A stretch of 64,000 nucleotides of DNA from Aplysia californica (taxonomy: Eukaryota), in contig NW_004797506.1 of NCBI RefSeq assembly GCF_000002075.1, forward strand, positions 19,568 through 83,567, written 5' to 3'. The notes under the pieces were generated by a model. The model had not been told where the DNA came from. It searched no databases and saw nothing but the letters and a program-made list of their open reading frames with translations. This document shows, one piece after another, positions 50,701 through 62,155 of the stretch (positions are counted from its first letter, which is position 1; every line of letters begins with the position of its first letter). Position numbers and translations under genes: made by a program.

Positions 50701-53700
50701 TAGCGGAGACGGTTGAACAATACAAAGTAAAATACACCTAGTGGATGCAGTTTTGAAATAAAAAATAAAATACAGCTAGTGGAGATAGTTCTGGAATATG
50801 AAATAAAATACAGGTAGTGGAGACGGTTAGAAAATATTTATTAAAATACAGTTGGTGAAAACGGTTGGAAAATTTAAAATAAAATACAGCTAGTGGTGAC
50901 GGTTTTAGAATATGAAAAAAAATACAGTTAGTGAAGATGTTTGGAAAATATAAAAGAAAGTACAGCTAAGTGAGACAGTTGAAAAATACTTTTTTTATAT
51001 ACAGCTAATGAAGACGAAAAGAAAGAATAAAATAAAATACAGCGAGTGGACACGGTTGGAAAATATAAAATACAATACAGCTATTGTTGACGGTTTTAGA
51101 ATATGAAATAAAATACAGGTAGTGAAGACGGTTGGAAAATATTTTTTTTAATACAGCTAGTAGAGAAGGCTGATAAATATAACATTAAGAACAGCTAGTG
51201 GAGATGGCTTTGAAATACAAAATAAAATACAGCTAGTGCATGGAGACGGTTTTAAAATACAAAATAAAATACAGCTAGTGGAGACGGTTTTAAAATACAA
51301 AATAAAATACAGCTAGTGGAGACGGTTTTAAAATACAAAATAAAATACAGCTAGTAGTGGGCTCCCTAACTCCACCCCCACTGCAAATTTTAGTAGGAAC
51401 ATGCCACTTGGAACATACGTACCTTGAACAAAACTNNNNNNNNNNNNNNNNNNNNNNNNNNNNNNNNNNNNNNNNNNNNNNNNNNNNNNNNNNNNNNNNN
51501 NNNNNNNNNNNNNNNNNNNNNNNNNNNNNNNNNNNCCGTTGCATTCCGGGTCTCGGCGATTTTTTTCAAATGACCGGGTAATTCCAGGGGCCCCCGGGAT
51601 TCCCGGGGCCTGGCAGTCACCCTGTACACGTGTTCCTGTCCGATCTGGCAAAATTCAAGGAGTTTTCAAGGAGATTTTTCCTTGAATGCAAATTCAAGGA
51701 GTTTTCAAGGACTCCTTGAATTCAAGGAGGCCGCGGGAACCCTGTAAGTTTACTAATGGATTTGGTCAAACAGTTTTTTGAGTGGCATCCTTTTTTTCTT
51801 GGAAGGAAGAAAAGGGGAGGGGGGGGGACTCTGGGCTCAGTGGAAATGTTCGTTTTGCTGTTTTTACATTGCTTCTCTAGAGGAGAAGGCAGGCTTCAAA
51901 TGTGACTGCATCTGTGAACTGTACTAAATGTGAAAAAAGTTCAAATCTGATGCAGCACCTAAGTTGTTGGGAGAAACTAAAGGCCTTTATCACTCATCCC
52001 AAAGCAGAGGGAAGAAGGCTGTTCTCATAAAGGTTCTCCAACAGAACTAACTTGAATGTGTTGAGATATAAAGTGAACACTTTCTGAGTCTTAGGTGGTG
52101 ACAGTTACCTTGGTCTGCTCTTAACTCATTCAGTGTTACGGACAAGAATACTCGCGAAACGTGGGCCCCACCCACATACTAGCGACAAGTATTCTCGCAT
52201 TTCACCTCACTATCTTTATAGAAAGAATTACTCTATCTAATCCAAACTAAGTTATTTGAACTAATCGAGATGCATTATGAGATATTTTTTCTGCTCAAAC
52301 AGCCTTTGAGCCCTGTAGTTTTGATTGATTTTCTTGGATAGACCTAAATTTATGTTGCCATAACAAAACTGCCTTGTATATGAGGGGAGTTCACTGCAAG
52401 AGCGCTCAGCATTGAATGAGTTAACAGACCCACTTTCACCAACTAGAGGAATGACCCTTTCCCATAGTCATAAGACACATATATGTACATCTGTGTTATC
52501 AGAAACACATACTTCACATTTTCAGGTACATGATACAGCAGGTAACTATCTATCATTATTATTTATCTCTTGTGCCATGTTAAAATATAACTTTAGTTAC
52601 AGGGATAGCCATAGCATAAAATCTGGATGCTTTCCTTTAGAAGAAGAAGAGAATTTTTTTCAATTCGCCTATTCTAAAAAAAATATTCTGCAGTTGAGAG
52701 ATTTCCTATAAGGAACTTTTTTCACCAACCTCCAGTTATCCTGAAAACCAGGTCAAAAGCTATCCTTTGAAAGACAAACGTTGGTCTAATAAGGAATAGA
52801 TAAAAGATTAGCTGATCTTTACCCTGATAGCATGACTGTAGCAGTTGATGGAGGCCGTCAGGTCTTCCTGAAATCCCGGAACTCGGAGCTCTCTGTCAGA
52901 CAGTTCTGCCTCCAAGAACGCACGTGCTGCATCTAGCAATGCCTGGGCCTCGCCCGATGGGTTGGCCAGTGAGTTCTCACACCTGGAAGAGAGAGAAAGA
53001 GAGAGGGGGGGGGGGGTGAGTTGCTTCAACTCCCTGCTTACAATACATAGATACATAGAAAAATAACTAAGTACCAAAGTCAAAGGAACAATTGAGGATA
53101 CATTTAGACGACAAAATGTACATGGTACCTGTTTTGATTTGAGTTATCAACCTTAACCCTATCCGTACGTCGTGTACCTGTATCTACCTTAATCCTATCC
53201 GTACGTCGTGTTTCACTATCGAATCCATACGACGTGGAGAACTCTGTGCCACCACTTTCCAAAGAGGAAATTTACTCATTAATCCGATTCGTACGCTTTG
53301 CATAGCATTCTGTCAAAATTACTTTTTGAGAAAAGTACTAGAAGTATTCTAAAATGTGAAGAATACAACCCCGGGGGTACAAAATGACCCGAGGGCATTC
53401 AGATAGGGTTCCGCATGCGCAACGAGTTACTCATCTTGTACAAAATCACCTTGGGCAGGAGTATATGAGCACAAAGAATACTGTGCCCACAACACCAACA
53501 CAATCAGAAACAACAATGAAAACAGCAACAGCAACAAAAACAAAAACAACTTGAGAAGCTGTATGTACCTGGCCTGGGCAAGGCAACAGAAGCCAGCGTA
53601 CTGTGGACACTCCTGATTCCTCAGCTGTTTGGACAAACTAGCTGGATAGAGAAGGAAAAAAAACAACAGGTGTATCTTCAGAGAATATATGCGCTCAAGT

Positions 53701-56700
53701 CCGCATGTGTGCACACAAATATACACAAACCCCCAAAACACACACATACCCTCACCCACATTCTCTCTCTCTCTGTTTAGTACATGAAAACACACACACA
53801 ACACCCCACCCCCCCATCCCACACTCATTTACTCTTACCCAATCTCTCTTTCACACAATACACACACATGCAAATGCACACACACACATGCAAATGCATA
53901 GACACACAGACATGCACACACACACAAACACACACACACACATGTTTAATATGTCCCTAGAACACTCCCTAGAACCAAAAAGAGACTGCACCATAAATAC
54001 ATGACAATTTATATCTTCTCACAGCAAGAAATCTGTCTTGCCCTCAAGAACAGCAATGAAAATGTCTCTTATTACACTCTTATGATGATGTGGCAACAGG
54101 TTTCCACGTGCCCCATCCTGACTTCAAACTTCGCCTTTACAAAGAGAAAGGAGAATCAGCATACAGCCTTAGTGCTTCCTTTCCAAATAAGAAATTAAAA
54201 CAGTAGGTGCAAATTATTATCTCAAGACAATGGTACCCAGACTTTCTCTAAGTCCCAGACAGTCTGTGTATATATCCAGCCCGATCCCTCCCTTTCAAGA
54301 TCCAGTAAAAAGCAACAACTCAATGACAGGGACACGACAACAGCATATAGTAAAAGATACAATCATATATCACACAATTCAGTCTCTTGATAGTGAATAT
54401 GCAGGTCCTCTGCTAACACCTTTAGTGTCAGTTATATCAAGAAAAATTATAAAACACTTACCAAATTGCTCACTTCCTTCTGCTACATTTGGTTTTTTGA
54501 GAAATCTCCTGCAAAAAAATTCAAAACATAATGAAGAAAGACATTTAAAAAAAGAAACAATATCAATACCAAGGTTCATTTTTGCTATGAACGACTATAC
54601 GTCAATTGACCCACTCAGGCCAAAATCAATGGGTCAGTCTTGTGAATGATGGGTCAAGTGTGTAGGCAACATGCATGGAGAGTTGTTCTTGGTTGTTTTT
54701 GTATTAGTTAAAGTACATGTCATGTAAGCGTTTTACAGAGAAATAGTGGATTAATGACTTACCAACAATGTCTACTTGTGATGCTTGAAATTCCCATCCC
54801 TGCTCTCCCTTTGACTAACACTGACAATGAAAAATTAAACTTTCATCCAGATTGCTTACAAACAGGCTTAAATGAAAAGACAGTACATTCTAAGAACTAT
54901 GGGGACATGTCTTGATGTATTTTGAGGAAAAACTATTCATAAGTCAGTAATTAATTGGAGTATATGAATGAAACTTGGCATCTCCATGAGATTTTTAGTG
55001 CAAAATCTAGTTCTGCTATCACTTTTTCGATGTCTTTATTACTTCGGATCTTAAAAACTAATATTTGCGGGAAATTTGTCGAATTGCGTGACATCGTATT
55101 TACCGCGACCGATCACCCCTTCTAAAACTCAGTAAAGCGGTATCGGGAAAACCTGCAACGAAGTCATCGATGACCTTTTTAGTTATAGGCAGCCAATAAC
55201 ATGTCTCCTAGCAATCACGTGCCTTTCGCATGCCGGCAACTCGCGTTTTGAATCCGTGATCTAGTTTCCAGCTCTAGCGTTTTATCAATGGATGGGTGGT
55301 AATTTTAAGTTGGTACGTAAAATGTGCTACACACAGAGATCTGAAATTTTTCAGCAATGAAAAAGGCATGTGGGGTGCCTGTGTGAACAAAGCGCCTATT
55401 GACCCAGGGCATGTGCAATAAATGGGTCATTTTCTGACCCAATGCGCCAAATGGTGATGGGTGCATTTCAAAAATGAACCCTGCAATACTGCAAGAGTCC
55501 CAAAGCTCTGTCTCAGTCAATAAAGTAATGGTGGTCAATCAGTAGAACAATAATTTCTCAATCAATTAAGTCTTAAAAAGTCACCCCATCTTGACATCAT
55601 CTCAAAGTGTTTAGTCATTCCTGATACCACAACCCCCAATGCAGTATAAATTCATGAATAGAGAGGACCCTGTTCCTAACATCTCAAGACATTATAATAA
55701 TGTAACACATGACATTGTCACTCATTGTGGTGAAATCAGGTGCTCATTAGTATAATGAAATAAAAGAAACTGAGATTTATCAAATTCTTTATTTTTTTGG
55801 CTCAACACCTTTTTTTAAGTCCATTTAATTAGAGACTAATTTCTGTGTGGATTTTAATTTTTAAAGAAAGGCGGTCAAAGGCACCAAAAAAATGTAAATT
55901 TACAGTTTCCAAGGATACTTAACTCTTTAAACCCCATCGGACGCTGGAAGCGTCCAGCGGTAATAACCCTGTTCCCCATCGGATGCTAGGAGCATCCGAC
56001 ACTAGTGACATTTTCGTTTTATTTAGAGCTAGTTTTGCTTGGTTTTTGGAACTAATCCCGAACCAAGTCTTATAGTAATGACTAAACATTTGATTCCAAT
56101 ATTTAGAAGTTGGAGGCAAGCTTTAGGGGTTATAATGAGACATAGTGCACCAGGTTTAGGAGGCTGTAGAAAAAACTCTGGGAAACGGTGAAAAAAAAAT
56201 TCAGGGTTTAAAGAGTTACAGTTAAAGCTTCGGAAGTCATCAAACTTTGGCCTAATTTCTCGCTAATCTTACCTCTGACAAGAAACAACCCCACTTCCTT
56301 CAATAGCAAATATCGCAACTCGAGAAGCTGTATGATAGCCTTTGACTTTTATTCAAGATAGTGTGGGGGTATTTTTTTTTCAAAAGCAAGACAAATGAAC
56401 AAGCTTTAAGATGATACGGATCAATTATATAACTCCATTGCGCAAAAATTGACGAGCGCCTGATTTCATAATGTCGCGACACATATATGATCAGCAATTA
56501 AAGTAGGTATTCACAATTATATTCAGTCCTACCCTTCACCCNNNNNNNNNNNNNNNNNNNNNNNNNNNNNNNNNNNNNNNNNNNNNNNNNNNNNNNNNNN
56601 NNNNNNNNNNNNNNNNNNNNNNNNNNNNNNNNNNNNNNNNNNNNNNNNNNNNNNNNNNNNNNNNNNNNNNNNNNNNNNNNNNNNNNNNNNNNNNNNNNNN

Positions 56701-59700
56701 NNNNNNNNNNNNNNNNNNNNNNNNNNNNNNNNNNNNNNNNNNNNNNNNNNNNNNNNNNNNNNNNNNNNNNNNNNNNNNNNNNNNNNNNNNNNNNNNNNNN
56801 NNNNNNNNNNNNNNNNNNNNNNNNNNNNNNNNNNNNNNNNNNNNNNNNNNNNNNNNNNNNNNNNNNNNNNNNNNNNNNNNNNNNNNNNNNNNNNNNNNNN
56901 NNNNNNNNNNNNNNNNNNNNNNNNNNNNNNNNNNNNNNNNNNNNNNNNNNNNNNNNNNNNNNNNNNNNNNNNNNNNNNNNNNNNNNNNNNNNNNNNNNNN
57001 NNNNNNNNNNNNNNNNNNNNNNNNNNNNNNNNNNNNNNNNNNNNNNNNNNNNNNNNNNNNNNNNNNNNNNNNNNNNNNNNNNNNNNNNNNNNNNNNNNNN
57101 NNNNNNNNNNNNNNNNNNNNNNNNNNNNNNNNNNNNNNNNNNNNNNNNNNNNNNNNNNNNNNNNNNNNNNNNNNNNNNCTGTTAGGAATACTACTTGGCT
57201 TTGGGGGTCTACCACATTCTTGATGTTTGCTGCATGTATTACAGCCTCCGTCTCTGCCCTGTAGTTTGTACAATGTCGCCCTGTTGGGACTGCCTCTGCT
57301 TGTCGTCGTCCATTTGGGAACTGTACGTACACTCCGGCTCCTCCTCTTTTCACAGCATCAGTGGCAGATCAGTCTGTATAGATCCTTATTCATGTTTCTC
57401 GTGGGTATCTTTGTTCAAGCATGGACAGGGTGAGGGACTTCTTGCTTAGGTCGCTGTGGTCATCTTTAGTGGTGAACATAGGAATGGACGTGTGTATAAT
57501 TATGTTTGTGTTTTTCTTTTCCCATGATGGTGCCTCTGGGGTATGGTTCAGTATGTTAACTGTGGCTGGTAGATGGTCCCGTAGGGATCTTTGGATTTTT
57601 CTGCTTTCTTTGATGAAGTTGGATCTTTTAAGTCTTGTGGTGTTTGATCTGGCTGTTCTTGTGTGCACTATATGAATGATCCTCCATAGCTGTGGCCTTG
57701 GTGTACTGTATGAGAGCCTTGCATTCCCATCTCCTCTGCAGGGCCACAGAAGTTGTTTGTTCCATCTTTTCTATAGGCGTTGACCTCATTGCTCCAATGA
57801 TTATTCGGAGAGTCTGGTTTTGCACTTTTTCCAGAGTGTATTTGTGAGTCCTGTGCTGCAGTCATCCATGCACTGGATCCGTACTCGAGATGGGGCCTGA
57901 TTGCGCCTAGATAGACCTGTCTTAAGTGTTTTCTCATTTGCTCCCCACTGAGTTCCTGCTAGTTTTCTCATGATGTCCCTAAGAAGTGAACTTAAAAACC
58001 ACTCATTGCAACTGTCTCACACTGTGTGGTGTGTTTTTATTTGTTGCCGCTGCCAGCTTGAATCATCATGTCACAATAACCATTCATGCAATTTTCAAAA
58101 GGAAGCAGCTTACCAAGTTTCCCTTACAAAATTATTTACCAACCTGTGCCCGTGTAGTCAGCATATAGAGTAAAATTACCGGTTTGTCAAAATTAGGACG
58201 AAAACTGGCACGTCGACTTTAAAGTTTTATATCTCCTATCTGCTTTGCCTTAGAGACAAACCGAAACCAGCTACAGGAAGCCCTGTGATTGGATGACCCC
58301 AGGAATGACCTGTTTCAGCTTGTTCTCATATTTGAGGCCCTTACTGGGTGCAAAAGTGACGCCCGATTTATTTACGTGTTCAGTCACATTTTTTTTGTTT
58401 TCTCATGGATTCGGGCAGTATTTTGACATTCGGTCATTTTCAATTATTATCACATTTGTTTCTTTGCAAGCTTAACTCTTATAGGCCGTAACGACACATA
58501 CTGTGTTGTTTCCGCCAACCGCCATCAGCCGGGACGACACATACTGTGTTGTTTTTATTTCCTTATTCAAAGACGATGATGAAACCGATACTAGTTTTCT
58601 CCAATGGGTTTAGCGTGGGTTAAAGGTCACATCAACCGTTTGTAAAGAAATAGCGGGGCTTTTCAATTGTTTACAGTGCGTTGATGCGAGTTTTGAGCTT
58701 TGTTTTGCATTGGGGTTCGTGTGTCGTCTCTGAAATTTTCACTATACCGAAGAATAAGCCTCTGCGTCGTCAGGTAAACGCTTGGTAAGGCACACTTCTG
58801 AGAAAGCAAGTGAATTACTGAGAGAACTTATCGATAACACAGATTTAGGAGTAGAAAGTGGTGAATCTGACTTTGTCACGGAAAGAAAGAATTTTTTTCT
58901 TTCATTTTTCTCTTTTTTTGATTTCGTAATGTTATGTAACTCTTCAAAACTAACACATTTTCCTTTGAATTTCAATATTTTTATACTGATCTTATTCTAC
59001 GTTCAATGCCCTTTACAATGATGTATAATATGTGTACATTACTAACAGGGAAACACACTAAAAACACAAAAGAAAGTAACATATGTGATTTCCCTTGGTC
59101 AGCCATGATTTAATTCCGGTGAATCCAGGGTAAATAATGCCGGTCTATAAGAGTTAATAACATGATTTTTAATGCTTGTTATCAACACTTGAACACAATG
59201 ATAGTTTGTCTAAAGTGGTTTTCACCATTTATAGCTATTTTAATGAGTATGTATCTGACCCACTCTACCACGTGGTATCTGACTCTACTACACTGGCATC
59301 TGGCTCACTCAACTACACTGGTTTCTGACTCTGCTACACTGACTGACTGTATTACACACTGGTATCTGACTCTACTACACTGGTGTCTGACTGAGCTAAT
59401 ATATGCTGTATATGACTCTACTATTATTTAAATTAGGCACAAATTCTTGATTCTTTATTGTATAACCATCTAATCTTATGTGCCCAAAGGATGAGAAACT
59501 ACGGATTTTATGTTACAATCCGGGCACCCCCCCTTTTGGGCAAAAACGGCGAGACTGAACTGCAAATTCTCTTTCATCCTTGATAGGGTCTCATATGCAA
59601 ATAACTCTCCAGCTTTCAGAGTTTACCAAAACGTAGAATCTTCTAGGCTACAGGCCCCTTCATCCACAACCAAAGTTAACTCTTCCGGGGGAAAGAGCTT

Positions 59701-60725
59701 CACGCTGTTTTGCTCAGTTGATGAAGAAAAAGCTGTCTTAGTCTTAAGGACTATTTTTAGCAAAATATCACCGTAACTGTTGTTTCAACGAAAGTAATGG
59801 AGGTTGCTTTAGGTTTGTGTGCCACTCTTTTGGGGCTAGATTTAAAAACAAAGTTTTAAACGATTTTTTTGTACTCCAGTGCCCAACAGCTAAAAAAAAC
59901 ATGCTGCCCGACCCGGTACGATTACTCTAGATCTCTATATATATTATTATAGGCCTAGATCTATAGGATTATTCGTTCAGCTGGAACAAAGTTCAAAACC
60001 AAAGAAAAAATTGTCTTCAAGCAAAAATGTGATGTGTTTATCGTTGGTGCCGGAGCCAGTCAACTTGACTTAGACTTAAGGCTGATTGCGTGTTGAAGGC
60101 CTACTTTACACAAGGTGCCCGTTGGGGGATCAGGTCAGGTCGGGTCGGTTTGCTAGCCAGATTGAGGGCGCAAAGCGTGTGGCGACTATAGCGCCTGACT
60201 CGTAACCTTGGACCTTACTTTTGCATTCAGGCGACGAGTCGGGTGATTGACCCGACCCGACCCAATCCGCAAGGGGCACCTGGTATTAGATTTACCCTAC
60301 TTTTACACCAGAGACAAAAAAACTAGAATCTAGATCTAGATCTATATCTAGCCTGTGAAATTAACCTTTACTTTTGTTGTGTTGTTCCTTCGGCCTCTAG
60401 ACTCTAGATTCTAGATCTACATGATCAGTTAGATCAGGAATCATGAAGAGCAAGAAAATTGTAACCATGAACATAGCATTAAACTGCATTTTGGTGATGT
60501 TGAAGAGCGCATCTTTGGAAGAGCTTTGGGAGGGTGTAAAAATCGAAAATTCTCAAAATTTACATTTCAATGGCAATGGATTGCTGTCATTGCTTGCGAC
60601 AGCGACGTATGTTTTTGTTTCTATTTCTAGATTAGTAGATCTAGAATCTAGATTAAATATACTCACCTTTTCAGCTTATTGGTAACTGCTTTGTATTTTG
60701 TGAGAACATCACTGTCTTTCTCCAT
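33012..60725 (-). CDS. F8A1: 40-kDa huntingtin-associated protein (HAP40 / F8A homolog), complete, 12 coding exons, 315 aa. join(60667..60725,54462..54508,53569..53641,52823..52982,44407..44475,43159..43221,40354..40411,39912..39974,38627..38718,37403..37481,35098..35144,33012..33149)
   Basis: Exons sum to 948 nt in frame. The translation includes KYKAVTNKLKRRFLKKPNVAEGSEQF, ECPQYAGFCCLAQARCE, GEAQALLDAARAFL, HFQRAAELQ, DYEGALAVLT, GAYCDVLAKCEITRVLLLLLLQP, PEHAQTLEKYTWE, LLLQSVVMA and LWPLLDCEQNQLLHCVIQE..HPSGEGI, all matching HAP40 blocks I recognise. Confidence 0.93.
33551..34449. mobile_element. Tc1/mariner-superfamily (pogo/Tigger-like) MITE with TA TSD
   Basis: TA|CAGTAGTCTCCGTCTAAACGCACG ... 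CGTGCGTTTAGGCGGAGACTACTG|TA. Confidence 0.8.
35098..35144 (-). CDS. F8A1: HAP40 exon 11 (MYLGEDLYLLLQSVV)
   Basis: TTTCAG acceptor, GTGAGT donor. Confidence 0.9.
35161..35773. mobile_element. Foldback (whole-element palindrome) Mutator-like MITE with 9-bp TSD
   Basis: Arms GGAAGTGTCTACGTACTCCCCGATTGGGGTCTACG... pair for ~250 bp around a TCTAGA-rich centre; TSD AAATAATAA on both sides. Confidence 0.85.
36008..37262. mobile_element. Unclassified TIR element
   Basis: TTGCTGCAGGATTCTAAA at the left end and TTTAGAATCCCGCAGCAA at the right; TSD not resolved. Confidence 0.5.
37403..37481 (-). CDS. F8A1: HAP40 exon 10 (PTPQRIRPEHAQTLEKYTWESCDSIT)
   Basis: CATCAG acceptor, GTAAAT donor. Confidence 0.92.
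38627..38718 (-). CDS. F8A1: HAP40 exon 9 (..PIGAYCDVLAKCEITRVLLLLLLQ)
   Basis: TTTGTAG acceptor, GTAGGT donor. Confidence 0.92.
39912..39974 (-). CDS. F8A1: HAP40 exon 8 (DYEGALAVLTEMAYLAHERG)
   Basis: ATTCAG acceptor, GTAAGT donor. Confidence 0.9.
40354..40411 (-). CDS. F8A1: HAP40 exon 7 (SALDCLDALNMVAKCKMES)
   Basis: TTGCAG acceptor, GTAAGT donor. Confidence 0.85.
40503..42603. mobile_element. 2.1-kb Mutator-like non-autonomous element with 9-bp TSD
   Basis: Ends GGGTGACCTTATTTAGGCCACATATGGCC / GGCCATATGTGGCCTAAATAAGCACTCCC; TSD ATTAAGATT on both sides. Confidence 0.85.
43159..43221 (-). CDS. F8A1: HAP40 exon 6 (KVSKPGEAIVHFQRAAELQSQ)
   Basis: Long pyrimidine tract plus CCAG acceptor, GTGCGA donor. 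Confidence 0.9.
44407..44475 (-). CDS. F8A1: HAP40 exon 5 (VHIENKQIALAASLCLEVGNVLR)
   Basis: TTGCAG acceptor, GTGAGT donor. Confidence 0.9.
47668..47710. repeat. (CAT)n microsatellite; further CAT tracts at ~47839-47874 and ~47983-47994
   Basis: Direct reading of the sequence. Confidence 0.95.
47800..47834 (-). ncRNA. Minimal type I hammerhead ribozyme motif (Penelope/retrozyme-type), core intact
   Basis: Minus strand reads GCTC CTGAGGA A GCC CACGA GGC GAAA CG TT GAGC: stem I GCTC/GAGC, core CUGANGA + GAAA, stem II GCC/GGC, palindromic ACGU stem III. Confidence 0.7.
47943..47980 (-). ncRNA. Second minimal hammerhead motif, core mutated (GAAACG to AAAACA)
   Basis: Minus strand reads GTTC CTGATGA A GCCCG TGAT CGGGC AAAA CA TT GAAC. 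Confidence 0.55.
47983..48085 (-). mobile_element. RTE-type LINE extreme 3' end with (GAT)n tail
   Basis: The reverse strand resembles 17810-17912 (GCCCAGGATAGGGAAAGGTGG...GTGGCCTATATCC...GGCAATGATGATG). Confidence 0.65.
48414..49345. mobile_element. Tc1/mariner-superfamily MITE with TA TSD; partial inverted copy at 45434-45754
   Basis: TA|CAGTAGTCTCCGCCTAAGATCCC ... GGGATCTTAGGCGGAGACTACTG|TA. Confidence 0.85.
49465..51358. repeat. 38-bp minisatellite array (AAATAAAATACAGGTAGTGTTGATGGTTTTAGAATATG), homogeneous at ~50275-50700
   Basis: Period of 38 read directly; flanking units are degenerate; the first ~3 units are inverted. Confidence 0.9.
52125..52420. mobile_element. piggyBac-like MITE
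   Basis: TTAA|CTCATTCAGTG ... CATTGAATGAG|TTAA. Confidence 0.75.
52823..52982 (-). CDS. F8A1: HAP40 exon 4
   Basis: Encodes CENSLANPSGEAQALLDAARAFL...INCYSHAIR; TTCCAG acceptor, GTAAAG donor. Confidence 0.92.
53569..53641 (-). CDS. F8A1: HAP40 exon 3 (SLSKQLRNQECPQYAGFCCLAQAR)
   Basis: ATCCAG acceptor, GTACAT donor. Confidence 0.92.
54462..54508 (-). CDS. F8A1: HAP40 exon 2 (RFLKKPNVAEGSEQF)
   Basis: TTTGCAG acceptor, GTAAGT donor. Confidence 0.92.
55923..56215. mobile_element. piggyBac-like MITE nested in a copy of the 2234-2662 family
   Basis: TTAA|CTCTTTAAACCC ... GGGTTTAAAAGAG|TTAC. Confidence 0.65.
57179..57975 (-). mobile_element. Decayed I-group LINE fragment (post-RT region + RNase H), e.g. 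Nimb/Ingi-like
   Basis: Frameshifted pieces LAGTQWGANEK, IRPHLEYGSSAW, QNQTLRIIIGAMRSTPI, and RNase H motifs IYTD, GAGVY, NYRAETEA and VVFLT; runs into an assembly gap. Confidence 0.85.
58476..59153. mobile_element. piggyBac-like MITE or deletion derivative
   Basis: TTAA|CTCTTATAGGCCG ... CGGTCTATAAGAG|TTAA; internal direct repeat ACGACACATACTGTGTTGTTT x2. Confidence 0.8.
59250..59422. repeat. ~21-bp degenerate tandem repeat (CTGACTCTACTACACTGGTAT)
   Basis: About 7 imperfect units read directly. Confidence 0.75.
60667..60725 (-). CDS. F8A1: HAP40 exon 1 (MEKDSDVLTKYKAVTNKLK)
   Basis: ATG plus GTGAGT donor; phase 2 joins to RFLKKPN. Confidence 0.88.
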
Positions 60726-61657
60726 AACCGAATGCAATTACAGAATAGATTCTAATCAAAATTTCAATTGAGATTATCCGTTCTCTAGGCAATGACAATA
60801 AAAATATTAGAATGTAGATCTTGTGGTGACTGCTAGGCCAGCCTATTGCGGATGGGAGAGAACTCAGGAATCCTCCCTCACTCCGGCCTAGCCTAGGCCT
60901 ACTCTCAATAAGACAAGACCCGACCTGGAATGAATGTGATTTTCAATGTGGAAGAGCGGATCCCCCTTGATTATTGTCGCAAGCACAGAATTCTACAAGT
61001 GTAGAATTCTGTGGTCGCAAGTCAAGGAGTTTAGAACTAATTTTAATCTCCTTGGGTGCCGCCCACAGAGCATCCTCCATTACTTTTAATCTCCTTGTCG
61101 CAAGTACAAGTTCCTGCCCAATCGGAAACTGGAAACCCTTTCCCCGCCAACCAGTCGTACCATTGTCCAGCCCGAGTACTCATGTTCAGACAAAGTACCA
61201 CTTGTGCTATGGCTTTGAGAGTGTAAAACGAAAAAATCCCCTTTCTGTAGCAAGTATATGACTGTACTACATCTACCTGTATTTGCAATGCGTTGCAAAA
61301 CTAGATGTAGTCTAATTAATTACTATGAGACCATAACACTGAAACCCTTAAATAACGACTTCTGGTTGTTTAGTTGTTTTTTTTTTACTGTTTGACTAGC
61401 GTACATGTTTCTCCAGAAAAGGTACCAAAAAAAGCCAAAACTTCAAAGTGTTAGGCCTTGGCCTACACTAGCCTACACACAGAATTGCCTACAGTACAAG
61501 AAATAGCCTTGGCTTCAACCACAATGTAATTGTTTCTTCAGGCTTCATTGCCTTCAGGTCTGCTCTAGTCTTCTATTTCTACAAAGTGTGGCTAAGATAG
61601 ATCTAGTGGTTGTTCCTCTCTCACTGTCTCTCCCTAACCTCCTAATAATTAATTAAT

Positions 61658-62155
61658 GAAAGTGGCTATTCTCACCCGCCCGGAAGTTCTCGCAAGATCA
61701 ACTCCTCCCCTCCCCTCTTCTCTCTCTGTCTGTCTCTTTCTGAATACTGTCTATCGGTGTTGACGATCAAATTGACCAAAACAAAGTTAAAAAATGATGT
61801 TAAAACACAAAAGTAAATAAATTTGGTTGTCTACAAAGATGCTACGGCTATTTAACTTTTCGAATCGAGCCGAACTACGCGGGTCGCCATTTTGTTTTGC
61901 CCGGAAATTCTCGCGCTACTCCTCTCTCTCTTTCTCTCATTCTCCACTGCCCACAGACAAAATTGTACGCTTTTAGTAGGCTACAATTGTAATGGAACGT
62001 TTGTTCACGGCACAGAATTCTACAATTTTTCTGTTATCACAGTGTAGAATTCTGTAGTTTAGGGTGAATGCAAAATTTGGTGAACGCGCACCGGGTGAGA
62101 ATAGCCACAAGACTCGCCTGCACTATTCTCACTCCGGGTGAGAATAGAGGTGGCC
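61658..62155 (-). mobile_element. Full-length copy of the Mutator-like CTATTCTCACCCG family upstream of HAP40
   Basis: Reverse complement of 15417-15871, with both termini present. Confidence 0.8.

Larger units (their letters stand above)
44728..51744. mobile_element. hAT-like element expanded to ~7 kb by nested insertions
   Basis: TIRs CAGGGTTCC / GGAACCCTG with TTCAAGGA subterminal repeats at both ends; near-TSD TAAGAT / TAAGTT. Spans three assembly gaps. Confidence 0.6.
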
